DNA of 64,000 nucleotides from a virus: the IMG/VR virus record IMGVR_UViG_3300013137_002967, positions 1-64,000 of that record; one strand, given 5' to 3'. Position 1 is the first letter of the stretch. Every line of letters begins with the position of its first letter. Under the pieces are notes generated by a model. That model did not search any database. It was not told the DNA's origin and worked only from the letters and a program-made list of their open reading frames with translations. Made by a program: the position numbers and the translations under genes. This document shows, in pieces, positions 36,492 to 48,727 of the stretch.

Positions 36492-37667
36492 TTAATACCT
36501 TTCATATAAATCATATCTTTCAACACCAGTTGAAACTATTGTAATTTTAATTCCAACTTCTTTTTCAATAAATAGTATAAATTCTTCTAACGGTACTTTA
36601 TTATCTTTTGTGTTCCAGCCTTTGAATTTTTTATAGATAGGTTTTGGATCTTTAATATAGATAGTATTATCAAAATTGTAGTATGAATACTCTTCTGATT
36701 CATCTAACGCATTATATCCTATGCAAATTTTTACTTCATCAAAGTCATTCAAAACATCTGCTTTTGTCATTATAAGTTCCGTCACACCATTTATCATACA
36801 GGCGTATTTCAGGGCTGGAATATCTAACCAGCCACATCTTCTAGCTCTACCTGTTGTAGCACCATACTCACTACCTATGTCACGAATTTTTTCTCCAATT
36901 TTACCTTTAATTTCAGTTGCAAAAGGTCCATTACCTACTCTAGTCATGTAAGCCTTGAAAACACCATATACTTTTCTGATATTTTGATGAGAAACACCAA
37001 GTCCGGTCATAACTCCACCAATAGTAGAATTTGAACTACTTACATATGGATAAGTACCAAAATCAATATCTAGAAGTGTTCCTTGTGCACCTTCAGCAAG
37101 AATTTCCAAATTCTTATCATTTAGAAAATACTCTACACTAGAAATTTTTAAGGATGTTAAATATTCAAGAGATTCTTTAAAATCTTTTATATCGTTACTG
37201 ATACCTAGTGATTCTATATAATCTTCATTAATATCACAAATTCTGAGACCTGTTCTTTCAACTTTACTTTTATAACAAGGACCTATTCCTTTACCGGTTG
37301 TTCCTATTTTTAGCTTTTTTTCTTTTTCTTTATCTTCAAATATATGATAAGGTGTAACTAAATGTGCATACTTTGATATATAAAGATTACTCTTAACATC
37401 TATACCGTCTTTTTCTAAATTTTCAATTTCTTCTTTCAAAGTAATTGGATTAACTACAACACCATTACCTATAATACATTTCTTACCATAGAAAATACCA
37501 GATGGTATCAGATGCAATACATAATTTTTATTATTATGAAATATGGAATGTCCAGCATTTGCACCACCATTAAATCTAGCTACCGAATCATAATTAGAGG
37601 CAATGTAGTCTATTATTTTTCCTTTTCCTTCATCGCCAAATTGAATACCCATTAAAACATCTATCAT
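36492..37667 (-). CDS. purA: adenylosuccinate synthetase
   Basis: QFGDEGKGK, GGANAGH, IGTTGKGIGP, EGAQG, GATTGRxRRCGWLD. Confidence 0.96.
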   Translation of the reverse strand: MIDVLMGIQFGDEGKGKIIDYIASNYDSVARFNGGANAGHSIFHNNKNYVLHLIPSGIFYGKKCIIGNGVVVNPITLKEEIENLEKDGIDVKSNLYISKYAHLVTPYHIFEDKEKEKKLKIGTTGKGIGPCYKSKVERTGLRICDINEDYIESLGISNDIKDFKESLEYLTSLKISSVEYFLNDKNLEILAEGAQGTLLDIDFGTYPYVSSSNSTIGGVMTGLGVSHQNIRKVYGVFKAYMTRVGNGPFATEIKGKIGEKIRDIGSEYGATTGRARRCGWLDIPALKYACMINGVTELIMTKADVLNDFDEVKICIGYNALDESEEYSYYNFDNTIYIKDPKPIYKKFKGWNTKDNKVPLEEFILFIEKEVGIKITIVSTGVERYDLYERY

Positions 37668-37822
37668 GATATAAAATTATTTTTAATACAGGTTTTATAT
37701 ATAATAAAAATATCTAAGTTTTTAATATTAAAAAATAATATATACTAAAAAAGTAAAAGTATAATGTTGGATATGCAACAGCTGAAACAACATTATCAGC
37801 AGGTTAAAAATAAATCGTTAGT

Positions 37823-39754
37823 ATGATTAGCTCAAATAGAAATTTAGAAGTTCCAATGCTTTTATGGGATTGGAATGCTTCTAAATGGATCAATTTTAAA
37901 TTAAAAATAGGAGTTTATCAAAATATATTTACATTTTTTAATGATAATAGTATTTCCTTTGTAACATCCATACCTTTAGATTATTCTAAAATACCGAAGG
38001 AATTATACGGAAATGGTATGTGTAAAAATCTATTAGAATATGTTGATAGAAATAATAATGACTTGATAGTTAAATTCTTAAATTATTTTATTGTTTCTTT
38101 GTTACAAATAAAAAATACAAATGGAAATAAATTAAATTACAATTTTTCGGAATCATCATCTTGGAAAGACTCTACTTTTGAAGTTTACGATAATTTTACA
38201 CCACTAAAAAATACAGAAGTTATATCTGAACCTAAAATCATATTGACACAACCCAAGCCTAAATTTAAGAATAAGCCTAAATCTAGACCTACTGTGTCTA
38301 CAATAACAACAACGGAAAAAATAGTTGTGACTACTTCTACAACATTAACACCACCAGCATTTATAAGAAATGCTCCAATAGAAGAAAATGAAATGATATT
38401 TTGGAATTGGAGTGCTTCAAAGTGGATTAATTGTAAAATTAGAGTTAGTGTATATGAGAATATATTAACATTTTTAAATATTAATAATATGAGTTATGTT
38501 GCCGAAATGCAGATAGACTTTAGCAAGATACCAGATAATTTGCGAGGTAGTGGTAGTAGCAAAAATTTAATAACATATCTTGATAATAATATTAGAAATA
38601 ATTCTTTGATAGTTAAATTTTTAAATTATTTTATAATATCAATATTACAAATTCAGTATAATAATGGAAATAAGATAAATTTAAAAATCTCAGAATCTTA
38701 TAACTGGAAAAACTCATCAATAGAGGTATTAGGTGGATTTTTTATACCAACTTCAGAATCAACTGATATTATTAGTATAGTTACACCTCTAACAACACTT
38801 CCACCAGTTTCTTCTCTAACTACTACCACTACAACTAAATTGAAAGTAACTACTACAACCACATTACCACAAATAATAACCACAACTACAACTACAATAA
38901 AAGTTAAGCCATCCGAAAATTTACCTATGATGTTGTGGAATTGGAATTCGTCCGGATGGAATAATTTTAGTTGTACTGTTGGTGTATATAATAATTTTCT
39001 TGATTTTCTAGCAAAAAATAATATCTATTACATTGCTGAAATGCTAATAGATTTCAATAACGTTCCAGAAGAATTAAGAGGTAGTGGTAATAGTAAAAAT
39101 TTAATAATGTATCTCAACAACAATGTTAAGAATAATTCATTAATTATGAGTTTTTTAAATTATTTTATAGATTCTCTGGCAAAAATTAAACATGCATCAG
39201 GAAATAAAATAAGTTTTAATTTTGTAGATGCATTCTGGAAAAATGCAACATTTGAAGTTTATAGTGGCTATGCACCACAAAGAGTTATTAAAGAATCTAC
39301 TATACTTGTGCCTAAATTTAAACCAGCACCAATCGCACCAAGAATAAAAGCACCAATCTTATCTATACCGAAATCTATTAATTCAACAACTACAACCACC
39401 TTAATAACCAAGAAAGAGAAAACACAAACCGTTGTACCTGAGGTAAGACCTATTATGGTACCAAAAGTTGTTACCACAATAACTACAAGAATTGAAGAGA
39501 CAACCACCACAACTACAACACTTGCAAATTGTAAAAATATAAGATTAAAATTTAATGCATTTAATAGCAGGAACGCATGTTTCGCATTAGATAGTGAATA
39601 TTGTATTGATACTGATGAATTTATTTATGCTAGTGTGATATATTATGTTGGTACTAGTTGTACATCATTTGCACAAAATGGTTTTTATAGTGATGGTGTT
39701 TATTGCAGAGAATGGAATGGTGTGACTTTATCCGAACCAATTTTATGTGAATAA
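37823..39754 (+). CDS. protein with three copies of a ~115-aa domain and Thr-rich linkers; probable virion protein
   Basis: Repeat WxWxxSxW...GVYxN...DFxxIPxxLxGxGxxKNL...FLNYFI; Cys-rich C-terminus. Confidence 0.65.
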   Translation: MISSNRNLEVPMLLWDWNASKWINFKLKIGVYQNIFTFFNDNSISFVTSIPLDYSKIPKELYGNGMCKNLLEYVDRNNNDLIVKFLNYFIVSLLQIKNTNGNKLNYNFSESSSWKDSTFEVYDNFTPLKNTEVISEPKIILTQPKPKFKNKPKSRPTVSTITTTEKIVVTTSTTLTPPAFIRNAPIEENEMIFWNWSASKWINCKIRVSVYENILTFLNINNMSYVAEMQIDFSKIPDNLRGSGSSKNLITYLDNNIRNNSLIVKFLNYFIISILQIQYNNGNKINLKISESYNWKNSSIEVLGGFFIPTSESTDIISIVTPLTTLPPVSSLTTTTTTKLKVTTTTTLPQIITTTTTTIKVKPSENLPMMLWNWNSSGWNNFSCTVGVYNNFLDFLAKNNIYYIAEMLIDFNNVPEELRGSGNSKNLIMYLNNNVKNNSLIMSFLNYFIDSLAKIKHASGNKISFNFVDAFWKNATFEVYSGYAPQRVIKESTILVPKFKPAPIAPRIKAPILSIPKSINSTTTTTLITKKEKTQTVVPEVRPIMVPKVVTTITTRIEETTTTTTTLANCKNIRLKFNAFNSRNACFALDSEYCIDTDEFIYASVIYYVGTSCTSFAQNGFYSDGVYCREWNGVTLSEPILCE

Positions 39755-39812
39755 TTGATCATTATTTTTCATTTATTATTTTTTATATATAGAAAAAAAT
39801 AATAATATAATA

Positions 39813-40304
39813 ATGATTGTTTCTGATTTTGAAGATGGAGTACCAGCAAAATTTTGGTATTCTTCCTATTGGATAAATTTTAAATTAAAATTAGGCCAAT
39901 ATGACAATTTTCTTACCTTTTTAGAGATTCACCAACTCTCATTTTTAGCTGAGATGGAACTAGATTTTTCTACAATTCCCACATCTTTACATGGTCAAGG
40001 CACAAGTGAAAATTTATTACAATATATTGCTAATAATACTAGCAATAGTAGTTTAATACTAAATTTTATTAATTACTTTATCTTAACAATCGTGGATTTT
40101 AGATATAGTACTGGTAAAAAATTAAAATATTCCTTTGGTAGTTGTTCAACTTGGCAAGATTGTGCAATTGATATCAAAAGTTCATATTCACCAACCACAA
40201 GCACCACTACAACGACTCTTGCACCTACAACTACATTATCTCCAACTACAACACCAATGGCACCTCTTTTCATGGAGGTCTTTGGACAATTATATAATTT
40301 CTAA
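39813..40304 (+). CDS. single-copy paralog of the repeated domain with Thr-rich tail
   Basis: FW...GQYDNF...DFSTIPTSLHGQG...FINYFI. Confidence 0.65.
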   Translation: MIVSDFEDGVPAKFWYSSYWINFKLKLGQYDNFLTFLEIHQLSFLAEMELDFSTIPTSLHGQGTSENLLQYIANNTSNSSLILNFINYFILTIVDFRYSTGKKLKYSFGSCSTWQDCAIDIKSSYSPTTSTTTTTLAPTTTLSPTTTPMAPLFMEVFGQLYNF

Positions 40305-40307
40305 TAA

Positions 40308-41811
<1,504 letters not shown>

Positions 41812-41824
41812 ATTATTTAATTTA

Positions 41825-42502
41825 TTATATTTTAACACTTTCTTGATCAACATCTTCTTGATGTGCATCATTCTTTATTTTTCCTAAAGTTTTTAACTTT
41901 AAATATCTGAAATTGAAAGACGCATCAATAATATCTAGCTGTGCTTGTTTTGATGTTTTTTTGGTTTCTTTTAGAAAATTATAGTTATCTCTACAAACAT
42001 TGACATTATATTCAAGACTTTTAATAGTCTTTATAAAATCATCATTAAGATATTCTGAATCATTAAACATATCAACAATAGATTTTATATTTGACGATAG
42101 TATTTTATTTGATTCATTAAAATCATTTTCAGCTTTATCGATGTGATATTTAGATACAATATTATCTATTGAATAGTAATATCTATTTCTATGATGAAAA
42201 ATTTTATTTTTTATTTCCGGATCTAAATTTTCTTTCAATTCTTTACCTAAAGGTAACAAAATTTTATCACTATGTATTTCAAATGATACATCTGAAGATA
42301 AATCACTTTCAGTAATTTGAGAAATTTGTTTTTCTAGTGATTTAATATTTTTTCTTTTAGATACTTTAGATAAGTCCTGTGTGAACATAAACCAGGAACC
42401 ACCATTATACCAATTATAATTGGTATAATTATAATAGTAAATTCCTAAAATTGGATGAACCAATCTAATTGCATATTCTCTTATTAATTTAACTCTTGGC
42501 AT
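41825..42502 (-). CDS. hypothetical protein with near-C-terminal RxxKL tag
   Basis: FRYLKLKTL near the end. Confidence 0.55.
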   Translation of the reverse strand: MPRVKLIREYAIRLVHPILGIYYYNYTNYNWYNGGSWFMFTQDLSKVSKRKNIKSLEKQISQITESDLSSDVSFEIHSDKILLPLGKELKENLDPEIKNKIFHHRNRYYYSIDNIVSKYHIDKAENDFNESNKILSSNIKSIVDMFNDSEYLNDDFIKTIKSLEYNVNVCRDNYNFLKETKKTSKQAQLDIIDASFNFRYLKLKTLGKIKNDAHQEDVDQESVKI

Positions 42503-42556
42503 TTTCTATTTCATTTTTAATTTACTCTTGAATTAAGTCTTTAAATTCTTCACTAT

Positions 42557-43312
42557 TCATATAGATAATGTATAAAAATCTTCTTTCGTATTTAGTATAT
42601 CACAAAAAACTACACTTGTTGAATCATTCTTTTTAAAAATTTTAATCTCATCAGTAGCTGTGTGTCCAACAATCTGATGCATATTTTTTAATGGCTTTTT
42701 AGACATTAATTGTTTATCACACCATAAAGGTCCACCAACCCTTTTATTACCATCACGATACCAATCTACATCAAATAAACAAGGTATTCTATGAAGAAAT
42801 GCTTCATTAAGTTGTTCAGCAACAGACATGTTTTCCATATTCATATCTTTTATTACTTTTGTAAAAACAAAATGATACCATCCGAAGTGAACACCCGCAT
42901 GTGAAAAGAGATAATTTTTGTACTGGTATGCTAATTGAAATTTTTCAACATTTCTATTAAATATTTCAAAAAGATCATAATGAGCCTCAGTTCTAAATCC
43001 TCTGATTGGTATTTCACCTTTTATCCAAGGCAGATTTCTCCAATATTCCACATCATGATTACCCCAAAGTAAAACAACATTATCAGGATATAAAGTTTTA
43101 AATCTAATTAATTCTAATAGATTTTCTCTTATCGTAATATTAGTTTCGGTAAAAGAATCGACGTAATCGCCAAGGAATATATATTTATTTTGTTCAGGTA
43201 TAAATGTACCAAAGCCTGCTGCATCAGGTTCAGCGCTTAAAAGAAATCCAATATCAGCAAATTTTTTCCAGCAAGTACGGCCGTGAATATCTCCAATTGT
43301 CAGAATTTTCAT
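42557..43312 (-). CDS. metallophosphoesterase (calcineurin-like)
   Basis: GDIHG, GDYVD, GNHD, SHAG, VGHT. Confidence 0.9.
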   Translation of the reverse strand: MKILTIGDIHGRTCWKKFADIGFLLSAEPDAAGFGTFIPEQNKYIFLGDYVDSFTETNITIRENLLELIRFKTLYPDNVVLLWGNHDVEYWRNLPWIKGEIPIRGFRTEAHYDLFEIFNRNVEKFQLAYQYKNYLFSHAGVHFGWYHFVFTKVIKDMNMENMSVAEQLNEAFLHRIPCLFDVDWYRDGNKRVGGPLWCDKQLMSKKPLKNMHQIVGHTATDEIKIFKKNDSTSVVFCDILNTKEDFYTLSI

Positions 43313-43340
43313 AATTTTTATATTTTCACAAATATAAAGA

Positions 43341-44141
43341 TTATTCTTTATATTTCCAAATTTTATCTGGATAATCTCTACATTTTTTTGTTTTACCGAT
43401 AAGTATATTATTCATAGTATAGTATTTAATTTTGAGGACTGATGAAGCCTCTTTAGCATTATTATATTCTTTAACTAATATACCATTTTCATATTCTTCA
43501 ATTGGTTTATTTATTATAATTATTTCATTTTTTATAGAATTAATTTTCATTCTATAATTTTCATTATAATAATAAAATCTAAAATTTCGTATGTGTGTTA
43601 GTTTATTTTTAAGACATGCTGTAATATTGCTTCTATTTATTTTTAATTTTTTAGATGCTTCTTTTATACCTTTTATTACTTCTAAGAAATTGCCATCTAT
43701 ATCATAAACTATTATCTTTTTTTTAGTTTTTTCAATTGCAATTTCACTATTTACTCGTTTTTGACCTTTTTTAAAATTTCCGCTATTAGGAATTTTACTA
43801 CATTCACTTATTTTTCTCTTGGTTTCTCCACTATGTTTAAATCCTATTGGTAAACCATCTCCACCATTTGTTGAATTTGTTAAATTACATTTTTCTTTAA
43901 AATACGATATCCAATAAATTTCTCTTTCAGTTAATGTTTCTTCGTCACAAATTTCTATTGATTTAATTAAAGGTTTTAACCCAACTTTTTTAAGTGATGT
44001 AATCCAACATGTTTTATGTGTTAAATGTTTATCTCTGTAATGTGTTGATAATCTTTTAGATAATGGCATTATCGTTTTTCCAATGTATCGTATTTCATTA
44101 GTGATAGGATCAACTAATGAATAAATTTGAGCAATTCTCAT
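43341..44141 (-). mobile_element. free-standing GIY-YIG homing endonuclease with NUMOD domains
   Basis: IYSLVDP..EIRYIGKT, NSTNGGDG, HSGETKRKIS, NUMOD1-like C-terminus. Confidence 0.85.
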
Positions 44142-44201
44142 ATATAGATTTTTATTCTATATATTAAATTTTAATTTACCGAAAAAGATATAATTCTCGT
44201 A

Positions 44202-44444
44202 CTATTTCTTTTGAGTTGATTTAAATATTTTATAGGCATCGATGTAGTGATATCCGAATTTAGAGTTTTCGTAATCTTCTTGCTTTATTATCTTTTTAAC
44301 TTCAGTTAAAGCATCATCGTATTTATAATACAGATTATTATCTATATTTTTCCACGAATAAAATCCAAAGAATGTTGATTTAAGATACTCTATTGTGTAC
44401 TCTTTCTTCCCGCCTTTCTTCTCTAAAATTCTATAGTGTTTCAT
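44202..44444 (-). CDS. hypothetical protein
   Basis: ORF only. Confidence 0.55.
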   Translation of the reverse strand: MKHYRILEKKGGKKEYTIEYLKSTFFGFYSWKNIDNNLYYKYDDALTEVKKIIKQEDYENSKFGYHYIDAYKIFKSTQKK

Positions 44445-44476
44445 ATTTATATATTATAGAGAAATTAGAATTATGT

Positions 44477-44734
44477 TTAAAATTTTTCAATTATTCTATT
44501 ATCTTTTTTAAATCTTACCGTATCACCAATCTTAAGTGATTTAGTTATTGCTTTTGTGGTTGTTGAGTTAGAAAGAGTAAAAATTTGATTATTACCATCT
44601 CTAAGTATTACTGAATTTGTGCTACTATCAATTGCTACAACTATTATAGGCGGTTTTCTATTGTTTATTCTATAATTAGAATTATAATTACAACTAAACA
44701 TAAAAAGTAATATAATTATTAAAAATTTCTTCAC
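44477..44734 (-). CDS. putative lipoprotein
   Basis: MKKFLIIILLFMFSC lipobox-like signal. Confidence 0.55.
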   Translation of the reverse strand: MKKFLIIILLFMFSCNYNSNYRINNRKPPIIVVAIDSSTNSVILRDGNNQIFTLSNSTTTKAITKSLKIGDTVRFKKDNRIIEKF

Positions 44735-44821
44735 AATAGTTTTTTTATTTATATATTATTTTTTGATTTTGATAAATTTTTAGAAAACTTAGAAATAAAA
44801 TATTTATATATAACTTCAATT

Positions 44822-44942
44822 ATGAAAAGTAGAAGACAACATATAAATTTTGGTACATATTCTTCAGCGATTAAAAATCGGCAGAGGTGTAAGTGATATT
44901 TTTTATAATTCATGAGCCACCTACCTAGTATGTGGCTTTTTT
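44822..44942 (+). promoter_or_regulatory. attenuator-like leader: 24-aa uORF (44822-44896) plus terminator (44915-44942)
   Basis: MKSRRQHINFGTYSSAIKNRQRCK*; AGCCAC...GTGGCTTTTTT; uORF AGGTG complementary to CACCT in the terminator. Confidence 0.55.
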
Positions 44943-44969
44943 ATTTTAATCTAAAAACAATTAATAAAT

Positions 44970-45524
44970 ATGGACAAAATGGAAAATTTAGAATGGAGAA
45001 AATTCAATGGTGAAATAATTCCAAACATTAATGAGTATGTTTTGAATTATGTTAAAAATATTGATAAAAATGCTAAAGTTATGGTTGGATGTGACTCTAG
45101 TTACAATGGTAGTAAATATGCTATTACGGTAGTATTCTATAATGAAAGAATCAGAAGAGGTGCTCACGTTGTATATGCGTCATTCCATTTACCAAGAAAT
45201 AAGGATGTTTTTTCTAAATTGTGGAATGAGGCTGTTTTTGTTCATAAAGTTGCTGAATCTTTGGATGATACTTTGAGAAAGGCACATTATTTTTATAAAT
45301 TTGAAAGAAATTATTATGATAATTCGGTACCAGAAAAATTAGTTGAAATTCATGTTGACTTAAATGCAAATAAATCAACTAGAAACGGATCAAAATTTTC
45401 TAATAATAAATCTAATAAAATTTATAACGAAGTTATGGGATGGTTATGTGGTGAAAGATATAAAGTTATGGGGAAGCCTTATTCTTATTCTAGTAGCACA
45501 GTTGCGGATAGATTGAGTAAATAA
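44970..45524 (+). CDS. RNase H-like YkuK/DUF458 family protein
   Basis: VGCDS, RRGAHV, KLWNEA, EIHVDLN, KPYSxxSSTVAD. Confidence 0.8.
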   Translation: MDKMENLEWRKFNGEIIPNINEYVLNYVKNIDKNAKVMVGCDSSYNGSKYAITVVFYNERIRRGAHVVYASFHLPRNKDVFSKLWNEAVFVHKVAESLDDTLRKAHYFYKFERNYYDNSVPEKLVEIHVDLNANKSTRNGSKFSNNKSNKIYNEVMGWLCGERYKVMGKPYSYSSSTVADRLSK

Positions 45525-46012
45525 TATCGGATGGTATTCTCATTGTGAAAGTTTTATCTTTTTTCTTCATGTTGTATTTACTTTTTAAGTATATGAACTA
45601 CAAAATATCATTTTTCGTAAGAAACCATTTAAAAACTTTTATATATAAGTTAGAGTTTTGGAAGAATAATATGACTGAAAATACTATTGATTTTAAGTAT
45701 ATACACGTAATTATAAAAAGTCTGATAGAAAGATTGTATAATTTTTTTATTGGGCTTTCATCTTTTAAAAATATACTAAACATATTGTATAATGAACTAT
45801 ATAATCCCGAGGAGCCTGAACTACCGGATGTACCATCTTTACCCGAGAATATTATAGTCATTAACAATTTTGTTTTGTTAGATGGTGATCATAAAATTTA
45901 TGCGGGAGATTCGGGTTGAAGTCCCGACCTAAGATAACAAGGTTATCTTTTAATGGTGTGTGGAAGCTATCTTCCTCCACTATCGGAAAAGCCACAATTT
46001 ATTGTGGCTTTT

Positions 46013-46420
46013 TTATTCTTTTTTGAATTTTTTAATTCTCTTAATATCCTCTTTCATTTTATCATTAAAATAATGACGTAAAAAAGTTATATCATTATCT
46101 GTAAAAGAATAATAATCCTTTATTAATCTAATATCATCATTACTGATATCAGATTTTTCTTTTGTTTTTTGCTTAGATTGCCACCACCATTGAGGAACGC
46201 CATTAATTGTTTTATAAAATAATTGATACCACACATCTATAGCAGATGCCTTATTAATATTCTTATTATTAAAAAATTGTGCTTGTTTTAGATACTTGAA
46301 AGCAAATTTCCTATTAAGTACGAAGAAATTGTTTTCTTTTTCCTCATCTGATACAAATTTATATTTACTCTTATCTTTAAATATAATATTTGCTAATGTT
46401 ATAAAATCTACTCTTGCCAT
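46013..46420 (-). CDS. hypothetical protein, possibly T4 gp62-like clamp-loader small subunit
   Basis: FFVLNR...AQFFN...WW pattern; weak resemblance. Confidence 0.35.
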   Translation of the reverse strand: MARVDFITLANIIFKDKSKYKFVSDEEKENNFFVLNRKFAFKYLKQAQFFNNKNINKASAIDVWYQLFYKTINGVPQWWWQSKQKTKEKSDISNDDIRLIKDYYSFTDNDITFLRHYFNDKMKEDIKRIKKFKKE

Positions 46421-47895
46421 ATTTCATTTAATATATGTAGTAATTTTTCTTTATTTATAGGTCTTTTAAGATAATAATCTAAATATTTAGACTGATTTTT
46501 AGACATTGTTCTAGAAATAATTATACAATTATTAATTTTTTTTAGATGTTTAATCAGGTTATTAAAATCCTTATCAATAAGATTCAAATCTAAAAATATT
46601 AGATCAATTTTATCTTTTTGTTCTTTATAAATTCTGATTGCATCTTCAGAATTATAAGTTGAAACAATATTAATTTGTAAAGATTTTAGAAACATACCTA
46701 ATAGTGAGTAATTAACAGGAAGTTCATCAACAATTAAAACCGTTTTATTAATAAAGCTTATTCTATTTCTATCCTTTGAGTTTTCAGATTCTTGTTTTTC
46801 TTCTAATGATAATTTAATAAAAAAAGTTGTTCCTTTACCAACAGTGGATTCCAGATAGATTTCTCCACCTAAAAGATCAACAATTCTTTTAGATATTGAT
46901 AATCCTAAACCGACACCTTTATATTTTTTTGTACTGGAACTATCATATTGCCAAAATCTATCAAATACATACTTAAATTTATTTTCCTCTATACCTATAC
47001 CGGTATCTTCAATTTTAAATATTATAGATTGCTCAGATGTACTAAATGAGATTTTAATGTAACCTCTATCTGTAAATTTAATAGAGTTACTTATAATATT
47101 ATAAAGAATTTGCTTCAATCTTAGATAATCTGATATAATCTTTTTATCATCATTTTTAATAAATTCCAATTTAACAAAATCTAGATTTTTCTTATAGTTT
47201 ACATCTTCAAATATATCATACAATTCATCAAATAGATCATGTATCGAAAAATTTTCATATAATATATCAAATTCATTACTTTCTAATCTCGAATAATCCA
47301 ATATATTATTTAATAATTCTTCTAAGTGTTTAGCGTTAGAATTAATAGATTTTAAAAATCTTTCAAGATGATCCATATTTTGTCCACTTAATAGTATGTC
47401 TGAGAAACCTATAATTGCATTCATAGGTGTTTTTAGTTCGTGTGAAACATTGGATAAGAATGTGGATTTTATGGAATTACTTTCATTCAATTGTTGTTTT
47501 AATTGTTCTATTTCGTTTTCAATTTTTTTATTTTTTGTTATATCGTAAAAATTCAATATTAAATATTTAATATTAGATTGTTCATCTAATACAGGAGTAA
47601 TCATCATTTTAAAAAATCTATTATAGTTTTTGATTTCACCTATAACTTCCTTACCTGTGAACATAGATTCTAACATCAATTTTCTAACTTCCTCGTAATC
47701 TTCTTTATTTAGTAATTCAGATAATTTTTTATTTCTAAAATCTTCTTTTAGATATTTATCATGTTCAGAATTATAATATAATATTGTACCATCTATCTGT
47801 ACAACAACAGTATTAATTTTCACATCAGCATCCTTAAGAAATTTGTTACTAACATTTAACAACAAATCTGTACCGTTAATATTAATTATTTCCAT
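46408..47895 (-). CDS. hybrid sensor histidine kinase (PAS-like-HisKA-HATPase-degenerate REC)
   Basis: FLSNVSHELKTPMN, NSIKFT, DTGIGI, GVGLGL; receiver VLIVDE...FLDLNL...KRP. Confidence 0.88.
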   Translation of the reverse strand: MEIININGTDLLLNVSNKFLKDADVKINTVVVQIDGTILYYNSEHDKYLKEDFRNKKLSELLNKEDYEEVRKLMLESMFTGKEVIGEIKNYNRFFKMMITPVLDEQSNIKYLILNFYDITKNKKIENEIEQLKQQLNESNSIKSTFLSNVSHELKTPMNAIIGFSDILLSGQNMDHLERFLKSINSNAKHLEELLNNILDYSRLESNEFDILYENFSIHDLFDELYDIFEDVNYKKNLDFVKLEFIKNDDKKIISDYLRLKQILYNIISNSIKFTDRGYIKISFSTSEQSIIFKIEDTGIGIEENKFKYVFDRFWQYDSSSTKKYKGVGLGLSISKRIVDLLGGEIYLESTVGKGTTFFIKLSLEEKQESENSKDRNRISFINKTVLIVDELPVNYSLLGMFLKSLQINIVSTYNSEDAIRIYKEQKDKIDLIFLDLNLIDKDFNNLIKHLKKINNCIIISRTMSKNQSKYLDYYLKRPINKEKLLHILNEIWQE

Positions 47896-48475
47896 TCTTA
47901 TTAATTTTTCCTTCTTTCCAGTGTTTTCTACATAACGATATGTAAGACTCGTTACCTCCGATTAGTATTTGTTCGCCACTACGAATTATAGTTCCATCAA
48001 CTATTCTAGCGTTTACCGTTGCTTTTTTTCCACACCAACAAATAGATTTAATTTCCTCTATATTATCAGCCATACTTAATAAGTATGATGAGCCTTCAAA
48101 TGGTTCATTTTTGTAGTCTGCTTTTAAGCCATAACACATCACAGGTGTATTATATACATCAACAATATCTGATAGCTGTTCAACATGATGTTTTCTTAAA
48201 AATTGTGATTCATCCACCAGTACACAATTGATATTCTTTTGTTGTTTTTCTATCAAAAAAATATTAATAATATTTGTATTATCAAATATTGGTATCGCAT
48301 CCATTTCTACACCTACTCTAGATTTTATTTTATTTTTTATACCTTCCCTATTATCCAACGCAGAAGTAAAAAGTAATATTTGTTGACCTCTTTCTAAATA
48401 ATTATACGCGACCCTTATTATTTCAAGTGTTTTACCACCTCCCATAGTACCATACTTAAAATATAATTTTGCCAT
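47882..48475 (-). CDS. tdk: thymidine kinase
   Basis: YGTMGGGKT, LVDESQF, CYGL, CWCG...IGGNESYISLCRKHW. Confidence 0.95.
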   Translation of the reverse strand: MAKLYFKYGTMGGGKTLEIIRVAYNYLERGQQILLFTSALDNREGIKNKIKSRVGVEMDAIPIFDNTNIINIFLIEKQQKNINCVLVDESQFLRKHHVEQLSDIVDVYNTPVMCYGLKADYKNEPFEGSSYLLSMADNIEEIKSICWCGKKATVNARIVDGTIIRSGEQILIGGNESYISLCRKHWKEGKINKNGNN

Positions 48476-48727
48476 TTTATTTATATTATGATATTATATA
48501 AAAGTTTTATTAACAATTTTTTTTCAAAAAATATAAAATATTTTATTAATAACTATATTTCAATTATTTATAAAATGTTTATACTTAATAAGTTAACTAT
48601 TTTTATAATTCTTAAAGAGAAAAAAATAATATATACTTATGGTGAAAAATAATATTAGTTATATAATTTCTTTTTTTAATAAAATGGCTATATGCCAAAA
48701 TTTCACAAAAAATAAAACCTTAATTTT

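Noticed and set aside
37764-37826. Gln-rich uORF MLDMQQLKQHYQQVKNKSLV* as a Gln-sensing leader
   Set aside because: No terminator or alternative pairing follows, and another frame reads like the tail of a lost gene.
45545-45919. Overlapping ORFs 45545-45919 (+) and 45598-45867 (-)
   Set aside because: Mutually antisense and low complexity; the GTSGSSGSSG stretch looks like a fragment of a structural-gene repeat; neither is supportable.
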